Notes under the pieces: model-generated
What the model saw: the letters and a program-made list of their open reading frames with translations, nothing else
Databases searched by the model: none
What the model was told of the DNA's origin: nothing
Assembly: GCA_040752415.1 (NCBI GenBank)
Contig: JBFMGU010000038.1
Span: 1-54,279 of the forward strand
Source of the DNA: Myxococcota bacterium
GTDB taxonomy: Bacteria > Myxococcota > JACRCW01
Direction of reading: 5' to 3'
Length of the DNA stretch: 54,279 bases
Shown: piece after piece, positions 1 to 10,748 of the stretch
Layout: each line of letters starts with the position of its first letter
Position numbering within the stretch: position 1 is the first letter of the stretch
Program-made: the position numbers and the translations under genes

Positions 1-148
1 GGCCCCGGCGCAAGCGTTGCGTGGAGGGACCGGGCTCCGGGGTGGGAGTCCAGAAATCCAGCGAGCCGGTTCGCCGGGATCCCCGGTATCAGGAGATGAA
101 TGAACCCTTTTGCATGTCGCTGATGCCCTCGCTGCTAGAACACGCCCC

Positions 149-787
149 GTGACGCTTCTGAGCACCAACCGGGTGCTGTTGGAGAAGTTCCGCGCCGGCG
201 ACGAGGGCGCGCTGCGAGAAGTGTTTCGACACTACGCGCCGCGGGTGGCGGCCCATGTACGACGAGGGGTGCGGGTGACGCGGGGCCGGGAGCACTTCAG
301 CTTCCGCGGCCCCAGCCAGGAGCTGGAAGTGGAGCGGATTGTGCACGAGAGCTTCAGCCGCGCCTTCAGCCCAAGCGCGCGGGCCGCCTACGACGGGGTC
401 ACGCCTTTCGGCGCCTACCTCTGCCGCATCGCCCGCAACCTCATGATCAACGAGGCGCTGGCCAACCGGCGCGCGGGTGAGCTGACGTTGGAGGGTGAGC
501 TGCCTGAGCTGGAGCAGCAGGGCCCCACGCCCGAGGAGGTGGCGGAGCGGGACGAGCTCACCGTGCTGGTGCGGGACTTCCTCTCGGAGCGGCCTGAGCT
601 GGAGCGCCAGGTGTACGCGGAACGCTTCCAGCACGGGCGCAGCCAGGAGGTGGCGGCGGCCCAGCTGGGGCTGGCGCGCATCACGGTGCGTCGGGCGGAG
701 GAGCGGCTCAAGGCGGCGTTCCTGCGCTTCATGGGACGTCGTGGTGCCCTGAAGGACTACGCGCCCGAGGGGGGAGGTCGCTCATGA
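149..787 (+). CDS. ECF-type RNA polymerase sigma-70 factor
   Basis: Region-2-like 'EVERIVHESFSRAF...FGAYLCRIARNLMIN' and region-4 HTH 'GRSQEVAAAQLGLARITVRRAEERLK'. Start is uncertain: TTG 110 or GTG 149, the latter just after TGCTAGAAC. Confidence 0.88.
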   Translation: MTLLSTNRVLLEKFRAGDEGALREVFRHYAPRVAAHVRRGVRVTRGREHFSFRGPSQELEVERIVHESFSRAFSPSARAAYDGVTPFGAYLCRIARNLMINEALANRRAGELTLEGELPELEQQGPTPEEVAERDELTVLVRDFLSERPELERQVYAERFQHGRSQEVAAAQLGLARITVRRAEERLKAAFLRFMGRRGALKDYAPEGGGRS

Positions 788-1596
788 ATCACCAGCGTGC
801 CCAGGAGCTCCTGGAGCAGGCCATGGCCGCCGGGCGGCCGGTGCCCAGCCACGTGCGTGATCACGCGCGCGCCTGCGCGGAGTGCGCCGCGGTGCTGGAC
901 CGGCTGCTCGCCGCCGAGCGCGCCCTCGAGGGTGCCGAGGGTCTCTCCGCCCGTGCGCTGCATGAGCTGGAAGGCCGCCTGATGCGTACGTTGCCCGCCC
1001 CGGCGCCGCGCACCCGGCCGCTGCTGCAGCGTCTCTGGCCCGTCATCCCCGCGCTGGCGGTGGCGGCCTCCGCGTGGGTCCTCATGGTCCGCACGCCCCA
1101 CCGCCCCGACGAGGCTGACCCCTGGCGCGCGCGTGGCGGCACCACCACCGGGGAGGCCGCGGCGGTGCCGGCGTTGCGCGTGTTGTGCGTGGGGGAGGGC
1201 GGCGTGCGGGGGGATGCGCGCAGCAATCCGCCCAACGCGCAGCCACTCCGCTGCGGCGTGGATGACGTGCTCAGCTTCACCCTCAGCGACCCGGCGGGGA
1301 CCGACCTGCGTTACGCGTTCGTGGTGGGTCGCACCGCCGAGGGCGCGCTGCGCTGGTACCACCCGCGTCCCGAGGAGAAGCAGAGCGTGCCCCTGCCCCT
1401 GGCCCCCGCCGCCGACGCGCCGCTGCCCGGCGTGCGCCTCAGCGTCAACCACGAGCGCGGCCCGCTCACCGTGCTGGCCATCTTCTCCTCGGAGCCCCTC
1501 ACCGTGGAGGGCGTGAAGACGTCGCTGGACCAGATCCTGGAAGATCCCGCGGCCCACGGCAGCCTCGTGCAGCGGGTGGAGCTGGTGCTGGAATGA
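784..1596 (+). CDS. Membrane-anchored zinc-finger (ZAS) anti-sigma factor with extracytoplasmic DUF4384-like domain
   Basis: HxxxCxxC (HARACAEC), one TM segment (LWPVIPALAVAASAWVLMV), then 'RARGG' and a beta-rich C-domain (FTLS..YAFVVG..WYHP). ATGA overlap with the sigma gene. Confidence 0.78.
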   Translation: MNHQRAQELLEQAMAAGRPVPSHVRDHARACAECAAVLDRLLAAERALEGAEGLSARALHELEGRLMRTLPAPAPRTRPLLQRLWPVIPALAVAASAWVLMVRTPHRPDEADPWRARGGTTTGEAAAVPALRVLCVGEGGVRGDARSNPPNAQPLRCGVDDVLSFTLSDPAGTDLRYAFVVGRTAEGALRWYHPRPEEKQSVPLPLAPAADAPLPGVRLSVNHERGPLTVLAIFSSEPLTVEGVKTSLDQILEDPAAHGSLVQRVELVLE

Positions 1597-3179
1597 GCGG
1601 GGCGGCGGCCGCACGTTGCCTGCTGGTGGCCCTCATGGTGCCCGCGGCCTTGCACGCGGCGCCGGAGCGTCCCCGTCCCGTGCGTCGCTTTGCGCTGGTG
1701 GTGGGCAACAACGTGGGGCCCGCGCACCTCCCCCTGCTGCGCTACGCCGACGACGACGCCGCCCGCCTCTACGAGTTCCTCGTCGGGGCCGGCTACCGCG
1801 CGCGGCTCATGACGGTGCTGGACGGAGAGACGCAGAACCTCATGCCCGGCGTGGTGGCGGTGGCCCAGCCGCCCACCCGGGCCGCGTTGGAGGAGACGCT
1901 GCGCGGTTTGTGGACGGAGATCTCCGCGGCGCGCGCCGCCGGCGCGGAGACGGAGCTCTTGTTTGCGTTTGCCGGCCACGGGCAGGGCAGCGCGGAGCAG
2001 GGCGGCGCCATCTTCCTGCTGGACGGATTGTTCACGCGCGCGGACCTCATGGAGCTGGTGGTGCGGCCCTCGCCGGCGGACTTCAACCACGTCATCATCG
2101 ACGCGTGCGACAGCTACTTCATGGTGGCCGCGCGCGGCGGCGACGAAGCCTATCCCGACGACCGCGTGGCCGGACCCACGCCCGAGCAGCTGGTGAGCAG
2201 CTACCTGGCTGGTGACGGCGTCATGCAGGACCCGCGCACCGGCTTCATGGTCTCCACCAACCAGGCCGCGCAGAGCCACGAGTACGACGGGTTCCGCGCC
2301 GGCGTGTTCTCCCACGTCATGCACAGCGCCATGGCCGGTGCCGCGGATTCGGACCGCGACGGTCGCGTGGAGTACACCGAGGTGCTGGCGTACGCGGCGG
2401 CGGCCAGCCAGGAGATCAAGGACCCGCGCGCGCGCCTGGCCATCCACGGTCGCGCCCCGCCCCGCGACGTGCACCGTCCGCTGGTGGACCTGCGCCACGC
2501 CACCTTTGCGCACTACCTCCGTCTCGGTCCGGAGCTGGAGGGGCGGATCCACGTCGAGGATGCGCGCAGCGTGCGGTACGCGGACCTGCACAAGACGCGC
2601 GGCTCGGAGGTGCTGCTCGCGCTCGTCGACAGCCCCAGCTACCTGGTGGTGAAGCCGGGCGGAGAGGCGCGCATCACGCTCAGCGCTCGTCGTCCCGGTG
2701 CCCAGGCCCCCGGCGGATTCCGGGAACGCGACGCGCGCGCCCGCGGTCCGCTTGAGACCTCCCTGCGCCAGGAGCTGTTTGCCGTCCCCTACGACGGGAG
2801 CTTCTACCGCGGCTACGTGGCCAGTCGCGGACTGACGCCGGCGCGCACCGGAGAGCGCTTCATGCCCGAGGGCACCACCCGACCCACCTTCATCCCGCCG
2901 CGACCCCCGCTTGCCATCCCCGGGCTCGCCATCCTCGGCGTGGGTGGCCTGTTCGGCGTGGGCGCGGGCATCACCACACTCGTGACCACCCTCGTCTACA
3001 ACCAGTTCGCCGAGGACGTGCGCCGGAACGGCGTCTACGATGAACAGCAAGCGGAGAACATCAACCGGCTGCGTCTCGTGACGGGCCTGTTGATCGCGGC
3101 AGGCATCTCGGCCCTGGCGGTCGGAGGAATTCTCGTGGCGGTGGAGCTCCTGTGGCCGGCACGCAAGGAGGAACTGTGA
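1593..3179 (+). CDS. Caspase-family (peptidase C14) protein with signal peptide and C-terminal membrane segments
   Basis: RRFALVVGNN..LRYADDDA, catalytic His in FAFAGHG and Cys in IIDACDS, EF-hand-like DSDRDGRVEYTE, hydrophobic N- and C-termini. Confidence 0.9.
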   Translation: MSGAAAARCLLVALMVPAALHAAPERPRPVRRFALVVGNNVGPAHLPLLRYADDDAARLYEFLVGAGYRARLMTVLDGETQNLMPGVVAVAQPPTRAALEETLRGLWTEISAARAAGAETELLFAFAGHGQGSAEQGGAIFLLDGLFTRADLMELVVRPSPADFNHVIIDACDSYFMVAARGGDEAYPDDRVAGPTPEQLVSSYLAGDGVMQDPRTGFMVSTNQAAQSHEYDGFRAGVFSHVMHSAMAGAADSDRDGRVEYTEVLAYAAAASQEIKDPRARLAIHGRAPPRDVHRPLVDLRHATFAHYLRLGPELEGRIHVEDARSVRYADLHKTRGSEVLLALVDSPSYLVVKPGGEARITLSARRPGAQAPGGFRERDARARGPLETSLRQELFAVPYDGSFYRGYVASRGLTPARTGERFMPEGTTRPTFIPPRPPLAIPGLAILGVGGLFGVGAGITTLVTTLVYNQFAEDVRRNGVYDEQQAENINRLRLVTGLLIAAGISALAVGGILVAVELLWPARKEEL

Positions 3180-4255
3180 GTCGCGCGCGCGTCGTCATGG
3201 CCTCCGGGCTGGTTGCGTTGGTGGGGCTCCTGACGGGCTGTTCCCGGGAGCTGGCCTGTCTCATTCCGCTCGAGCCGGAGTGCGTGCGCCAGCAGGCGGA
3301 CCTGCGCGTGGACATCCGCAACCTCCCCGCCAACGCCACGCAGGTGAGCGCCCGCGTGATGCAGTCCCACCGGGATGAGACGCGCAGCGCCGCGGCGGAC
3401 GCCTTCCGCAATGGTTCCGTCACCTTCCTGTTCTATGACCTCGAGGACACGCGCGCCGACGTGGCGGTGCGGGTGGAGCGCGACGGGGCCCAGGCGCTGG
3501 GCTGCAACGTGACCCAGGTGGCCGTGGGGAACGGTGACGCCGTGGAGCTGCGCGTTGACGACGAGAACACCTGCGAGCCCGAGGAGGACCACGAAGACGC
3601 CGGTGTGCGCGACGCGGGTGGGGAGGACGCGGGTGGTCGCGACGCAGGTGGTGGCGACGCGGGCGGGAGGGATGCCGGGACCGAGGACGCCGGTGAGGAC
3701 CGTGACGCTGGCGAGGACGACGAGGACGGCGGCGACGACGAAGACGGCGGTGACGACAGGGACCCGGACGCCGGTGATGAATCGGACGCCGGTGATGAGC
3801 CGGATGCCGGTGATGAGGCGGACGCCGGTGAGGCGCGCCCGGGACCCGACGACGGAGGCCGGCCTCGACCGGACGGCGGCCCCGACCAGGACGGTGACGG
3901 CGGCGTCGCCCTGGAGCTGGTGCGTGAGGAGTTCACCGACCCGGACAATGGCGGGTTGATGGTGACGCAGGTCCGCGCCGACCACATCATGGAGGTGAAC
4001 ACGTCCTCTGGCACCGTCAGCGCTCAGCTCGACGACAACGAGTGGGAGGACGTGGTGTCCCTCGCGTTGGAGCCAGATCTGCGGGACTTCCTGGGCGGCG
4101 CCGAGGGGTCGTGCTCTCCCGGGCCACGCCACCTGCTGCGGGTGGACACCACGGCGTGGGACGAGGAACGCGACGTGGCGGGGTGCGACCAGGACGCGGT
4201 GCGCGCGCTGATTCTCGAGCTGGAACTCCTGCGGGAAGTCCACCAATTGGAGTAG
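3176..4255 (+). CDS. Lipoprotein with acidic D-A-G repeat linker
   Basis: GTG start overlaps the caspase stop (GTGA); lipobox LLTGC; many DAG repeats between two globular regions. Confidence 0.75.
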   Translation: MSRARVVMASGLVALVGLLTGCSRELACLIPLEPECVRQQADLRVDIRNLPANATQVSARVMQSHRDETRSAAADAFRNGSVTFLFYDLEDTRADVAVRVERDGAQALGCNVTQVAVGNGDAVELRVDDENTCEPEEDHEDAGVRDAGGEDAGGRDAGGGDAGGRDAGTEDAGEDRDAGEDDEDGGDDEDGGDDRDPDAGDESDAGDEPDAGDEADAGEARPGPDDGGRPRPDGGPDQDGDGGVALELVREEFTDPDNGGLMVTQVRADHIMEVNTSSGTVSAQLDDNEWEDVVSLALEPDLRDFLGGAEGSCSPGPRHLLRVDTTAWDEERDVAGCDQDAVRALILELELLREVHQLE

Positions 4256-4405
4256 CGCTCCCTTCCCTACGACGAAGCGCCACGATTGCCTCCACCTGGG
4301 TCGCGAGCGCGTTTCCTGGCTTCCGGGAAGGCCGGTTTTCCGTCGTGGCGGGCCTGGCGCAATTGCTGCGGGTTTGGCTTGCGGCGGGCGGAGAACCGGG
4401 CTTCA

Positions 4406-5965
<1,560 letters not shown>

Positions 5966-5967
5966 CC

Positions 5968-6966
5968 ATGCGCGCCACCAGACTTGCTCAAAGCGCGGTG
6001 TTGCTGCTGGCCCTGGCGGGGTGCGCCGCGGGGGAGGCCACGTCCCAGGCCCCCAGCGGCGAGTGGACCCTGGACCTGCAGCAACGCGACGGGATCCTGC
6101 TGAGCGTGTGGGGAACGGGCTCCACGGACGTGTGGGCCGCCGGCGGACAGGCGGGTCGCGGCCTGGTGCTGCACGGCGACGGCGTGACCTGGCGGGAGGT
6201 CCCCACCGGCGCGGATTCGCTGCTGTGGTGGATCTACGGCTTCGGCGTCGACGACGTGTACGCGGTGGGCGAGAACGGCCTCATCCTGCACTACGACGGC
6301 ACGCGCTGGGAACGCGCCCACTCCGGCACCACGCGCACGTTGTTTGGCGTGTGGGGCGCCTCCGGTGACGACGTGTGGATGGTGGGCGGGGACCCGAGCG
6401 GCGAGCCGGGCGCGGCGGTGATCCTGCGCGGGCAGGGTCGGTTCTTCCAGCCGGTGGCGGACATCCCGCCGGAGCTGGTCCCCGACGCGTTCTTCAAGGT
6501 CTACGGCAACGGTCGCCACGACGTGATCGTGGTGGGGCGCAGCGGCACGGTGTTGCGCTGGGACGGCGTGACGTGGCGGAAGGAAGGTGCGCCCACGCGT
6601 CGGCCCATCATCTCGCTGTGGGGTCGGGGCGCCAATGACATGTACGCGGTGGGCGGCCAGGACTCCGGTGAGGTGCTGCACTACGACGGCGCGGAGTGGC
6701 GCCAGGTCAGCGGGATTGGTCCCTCGCCGGGGCTCAACGGCGTCTTCACCGGACCGGGTCGGCCGGTGTTCGCGGTGGGCGCGGACGCGTTCATCCTGGA
6801 GATCTCGCCGGAGGGGGAGGCCAGCGTGAAGGAGGCACCGGCCACGGACAAGCCGCTGGTGCTGCACTCCGTGTGGGGCGACGAGAAGGGCACCGTCTAC
6901 GCCGTGGGCGGCGACCTGCACACCTACCCGCGCCCGATGAGCGGCGTGATCCTTCGTCGTCGCTGA
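5968..6966 (+). CDS. Beta-propeller-like repeat lipoprotein
   Basis: Lipobox LAGC; about 7 repeats of 'VWG.g..DVWAVG..G.ILHYDG..W'. Confidence 0.8.
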   Translation: MRATRLAQSAVLLLALAGCAAGEATSQAPSGEWTLDLQQRDGILLSVWGTGSTDVWAAGGQAGRGLVLHGDGVTWREVPTGADSLLWWIYGFGVDDVYAVGENGLILHYDGTRWERAHSGTTRTLFGVWGASGDDVWMVGGDPSGEPGAAVILRGQGRFFQPVADIPPELVPDAFFKVYGNGRHDVIVVGRSGTVLRWDGVTWRKEGAPTRRPIISLWGRGANDMYAVGGQDSGEVLHYDGAEWRQVSGIGPSPGLNGVFTGPGRPVFAVGADAFILEISPEGEASVKEAPATDKPLVLHSVWGDEKGTVYAVGGDLHTYPRPMSGVILRRR

Positions 6967-7380
6967 GCGGATTCCTGGAGCGAGCGCGCATGCCCGCAAT
7001 GTGCCGCCGGTTTTCTTCCTGGCGCTGAGCGCGGCACCCGGTCCCAGTGAGCCCGTGCCGCTCAACGTGCGGAGTGCTCAAGCGTGGCGGCACATCGACA
7101 CCTCCCACGCCGTGGGGAGGTCGGCCGCCACGACGAGAAATCGGTTCAGGCGGAAAGGCGGCCGGGTGGGGGGCCATCTCGCCACCAAACCCGGGCCACG
7201 CCCGGTCATTCTCAGGTGCAGCCAACGGCTGCCCCTGATTACCGACGGTCATCCGATCCGCATCACGTGGGGATTGGGATGGGAAAGGCCACACCCGGGC
7301 GACGCGGGCCCGCGTGGTTCGTTTGTTTCAAACGAGAAGAAGAAGTCCCCCCCGGGACCGCGAGCATCCTCTCGAGACGC

Positions 7381-8529
7381 TCAGAAGCAGTTCACGTCGT
7401 CACTCTTGGGGTAGTAGTAGACAAAGATGTTGCAGTGCTCACCGCGGTCCACCACGCCACCAAAGGTGTAGCAGCAGTCCAGCTCGTCGGCCGGCGTGGC
7501 GGGCTGGCCCGCGTGCGGTTGGCTGTCGATCTGGTTGAGCGACTCACACGTCACCGAGCCCGCCGGCTCCTGCCACTCGTAGCTGCAGGAGTACCAGACG
7601 CCGCCGCCCGGCGGGATGACCTTGCTGAGCTCGGGGGAGCGGCTCATGGGCGGCTCTTCCCAATCCTCGCTGCTGTAGAACTTCTCGCTCTCCGGCGGCG
7701 TGGTGGCGCTGGTGCCGTCCCAGCCCCACATGTCGAACTTCTTGCCGCGGCTGTGGAAGTGCGCGTTGGCGCCCACGATGGTGGTCTGCTCCGTGCTGTT
7801 GAACTGGCAGCTGCCCTCGAAGGTGGGCTCCGGGTTGCTCTGGCAGATGCGGATGGACTGCTTGGTGGCGAAGATGGTGCCCAGCTCCGAGGTCACCTGG
7901 TCCTGCGGGATGCTCCAGAAGTTCACCTCCACGTGGCCGCGGAACGGCGTGGTCTGCGTGGCCGCGTTCACGTAATGCGTCTGCAGCATCATCCACTCAC
8001 CGGCCTGGAACTTGTGGGCCACGCCGGTGGGCAGCGTCCAATCAATCTTCTCGTCCACCTGGCTGTTCATCACCAGCGGCCAGTCCGCCCAGTTGGCGCT
8101 CTTGAAGCACGGGCCCTGGCCGTCCTGCGCCTTCTGCACCAGGCCCTTGGCGGGGTCCAGGTTGTCCGCCGTGTCCGGGATGGTGCGGACGCGGAAGATG
8201 TTCATGTGGTGGCTGCCCTCGTTCTGCACCACCTCGATCTTGTTGATGTACACGTCCTGGCCGGCCGTCCCGGGAACCTGGAAGAAGTAGCAGTCCTGCT
8301 GCTCCACGCCCTGCGGCACCTCAAAGGCCTCCGTCTCGAAGTGGAAGCCCTGGCCTTCCGGCGGGGCCGGCAGGTCGGCGTCCTGGAACTGCGGGGCGGT
8401 GCCGCTGCTGCTGCTGGTGCTGCTCTGCGCCCACGGGGGCTGCACGTCAGTACAGGCGGATGCAAACGCGAGCACGCCGGTGGCCATCACGGCGGGTCCG
8501 GTGCGGCTGCGCAGGAACGGGATAGACAC
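7381..8529 (-). CDS. Copper type II ascorbate-dependent monooxygenase-like (PHM/DBH) lipoprotein
   Basis: AAGGAG RBS before GTG 8529, lipobox-like FASAC, GSHHMNIF, LQTHYVN, AHFHSRG and C-terminal 'GEHCNIFVYYYP'. Confidence 0.78.
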   Translation of the reverse strand: MSIPFLRSRTGPAVMATGVLAFASACTDVQPPWAQSSTSSSSGTAPQFQDADLPAPPEGQGFHFETEAFEVPQGVEQQDCYFFQVPGTAGQDVYINKIEVVQNEGSHHMNIFRVRTIPDTADNLDPAKGLVQKAQDGQGPCFKSANWADWPLVMNSQVDEKIDWTLPTGVAHKFQAGEWMMLQTHYVNAATQTTPFRGHVEVNFWSIPQDQVTSELGTIFATKQSIRICQSNPEPTFEGSCQFNSTEQTTIVGANAHFHSRGKKFDMWGWDGTSATTPPESEKFYSSEDWEEPPMSRSPELSKVIPPGGGVWYSCSYEWQEPAGSVTCESLNQIDSQPHAGQPATPADELDCCYTFGGVVDRGEHCNIFVYYYPKSDDVNCF

Positions 8530-8608
8530 GGGGACTTCTCCTTGGCCGGGTGTGGTTGGTCGTGTTGGGGATTGGGCAGGCGTGACCCCCGGCGCCTGGA
8601 GGCCCTGT

Positions 8609-8624
8609 AGCAGGCGCCGTGCCC
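8609..8624 (-). promoter_or_regulatory. Sigma54 -24/-12 promoter
   Basis: Minus strand reads GGGCACG-GCGC-CTGCT: GG-N10-GC, close to consensus TGGCACG-N4-TTGCW, about 80 bp upstream of the monooxygenase start. Confidence 0.65.
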
Positions 8625-8943
8625 GAGCTGGCGCTGGGAAGCAGCCGCACCCCGCCGGGCGATATCGCGGATGGAATCCCGCCGCCACCCGTCGCCACCG
8701 CGAGCGGGAGCGAGAGGCGGGACCACCCCGAAAGGTCCGCGCCGGTTCGTGGGTCCGCGAAATCTCGTGGGGAGGCGCCGCGAAAGATCGTGGAGGGAGC
8801 AAGGGGCACGCGGACAGGTTGCGCCGCCCTTCCGTCCCACCCTTGGGGTGGAGAAGTCGGCGGGGCCCGAGACCGGTTCGGGACGGACGTCGAGGTCGTG
8901 GATGGGATCCGCGCGGCGGGAGGGGGACGCGGCGCGTGATGGC

Positions 8944-10596
8944 TCAGAGGGAGGACTGCCTGGCGAGCTGCTTGTAGCCACTCTCGATCTGGTCCAGGTC
9001 CTTGGCCACCTCGACCCAGCCCTTGGTGGCGGAGAGCGTGTTGAAGTCGGTGATGAGCTTGTGGTTCCAGCGGTCCGGGCCCTTGGCGGCCTTCTCCGGC
9101 TTGGCGTGGTGCGCCTCCACGATGCCCTGCCCGATCTTGCTGGTGAGCCAGCCCGCCTGGGCCGCGCGCGCGGCGAACTGCGCCAGCAGCGCCAGGTTGC
9201 CGTCGTTGCTGGCGAGGAGCGCGGCCTGGTCGGTGCGCGGGTCGAAGAGCTTGTCCATGAGGCGCGCGCCCTCCCGCTCGTCGCCACCGGCCAGCGCGTG
9301 GGCGAACTTCAGCGTGGCCTCCGCGGCGTAGCGGCCGGGCATGTTGAGCGCGGTGTCGCTCTTGCCCCAACCGTACGCGCCGAACATCCAGCCATTGTTC
9401 CCGTCGGCAATCAGCGCCTTCAGTGCGTCCTTCTTGTCGGCGGGCGCGGCCTTCACCAGCTTCTCGGTCAGCGCGTCCTTGCCGTTCTCCCAGGTGATGG
9501 TGCCCTTCTGGATGCCGCGGAAGTGCGCGTCCAGCGCGGCGCGCGCGGTCTCCTTGGGCAGGCCGAAGTTGCGCGCCAGCTCACCGGCCACGTAGCCCAC
9601 GTGCTGGTGTCGTCCGGCCACCGCGCCATCCCCCTCGACAAATCCGCCCGGACCGAAGTGCGCCGTGGTCTGCCGCGTCACATCCGCCAGCGCCTCGCGC
9701 GCCACCTTGACCTGGTTCTCGTCGAGGTAGGCGGCGTTGGGGCTCTGCAGGAACTGGTTGGCGCTGAGCTCCGCGTAGGCCGCGGCCATCTTGCCGTGGT
9801 TGCCGGCGCGCGCCTTCACGTCGTCGACGTCCTTGGCCTTGAAGGCGCCCATCACCTCCGTGCGCTGTGCCTCCAGCTTGCCGGCGTCCATCCTGGCGCG
9901 CGGCTCCACGGCCACCTGGAACGACGTGGAGGTCTTCTTCAGCGTGTCATAGACCTCGATGCGCGAGCTCTTGTCGACGGAGGCCTGGGCGGTGAGGAAC
10001 ACCTGGCGGTCCCCCTCGAAGGGGCCGTAGGGGATCTGGCTGCTGACGCTGCGCTCGGCGCTGATGGGCTTGCCGTTGACGCGCAGCTCCAGGAGGGACT
10101 TGTCGTTGAAGGAGCTGGTGCCGCCGGGGGCCAGGCTGGCGTCGCGCAGGGTGACGGTGGGTTTCCCGTCGACAATCCCCAGGCTGAGCCGGATGTTCTC
10201 CGGGCCGGCGCCGTCGCCCATCAGGATCTTGTTGGCGCCCAGGGTCAGCGTCTCGGCGGGTGGGGCGGCGGGCTTCTGGCCCACGGGGGCAAGCTGCCCG
10301 GTCTTGACCGCCCACTGCGCGGACATGCTGAGGGGCTTCTTGACCACCACCTCGGTGCGGTTCTGCCCGGTGAAGTTGGCCAGCGCCTGCTTGGAGCCCG
10401 CGTCCAGGTTCACCGAGCCCTTGGCGAACTCGTCGACGAGCCGGGCCAGCTCACCGGCGGAGATGCCGAGCTTCTGCGCGGTCTCCTGCACGTTCTTGAG
10501 CGCCTGCTGCGGCTCGGTCCTGGCGGGGCCCTGGAGCTGCTGGGCCAGCAGGGCGCGGATCTGGGACTGCGCGGCGGCGTTGAGCGAGACGGACAT
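8944..10596 (-). CDS. Hypothetical protein with low-complexity N-terminus
   Basis: Long ORF with strong GC3 bias and a purine-rich RBS before ATG 10596; no motif recognised. Confidence 0.7.
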   Translation of the reverse strand: MSVSLNAAAQSQIRALLAQQLQGPARTEPQQALKNVQETAQKLGISAGELARLVDEFAKGSVNLDAGSKQALANFTGQNRTEVVVKKPLSMSAQWAVKTGQLAPVGQKPAAPPAETLTLGANKILMGDGAGPENIRLSLGIVDGKPTVTLRDASLAPGGTSSFNDKSLLELRVNGKPISAERSVSSQIPYGPFEGDRQVFLTAQASVDKSSRIEVYDTLKKTSTSFQVAVEPRARMDAGKLEAQRTEVMGAFKAKDVDDVKARAGNHGKMAAAYAELSANQFLQSPNAAYLDENQVKVAREALADVTRQTTAHFGPGGFVEGDGAVAGRHQHVGYVAGELARNFGLPKETARAALDAHFRGIQKGTITWENGKDALTEKLVKAAPADKKDALKALIADGNNGWMFGAYGWGKSDTALNMPGRYAAEATLKFAHALAGGDEREGARLMDKLFDPRTDQAALLASNDGNLALLAQFAARAAQAGWLTSKIGQGIVEAHHAKPEKAAKGPDRWNHKLITDFNTLSATKGWVEVAKDLDQIESGYKQLARQSSL

Positions 10597-10748
10597 GGCA
10601 CCCACCCTTCCCTCAGAGACGGGCGTGGTTAGCACGCGGAAAGCCAACCGGAAAGCACACGCCCCCGACGAGTCCGCCAACCGCCGGACGCTCCGCCCGC
10701 CGCTACCACCTACGTTGTCCTCGTGGAGCAGCCGGGGGATCGCCCGCC

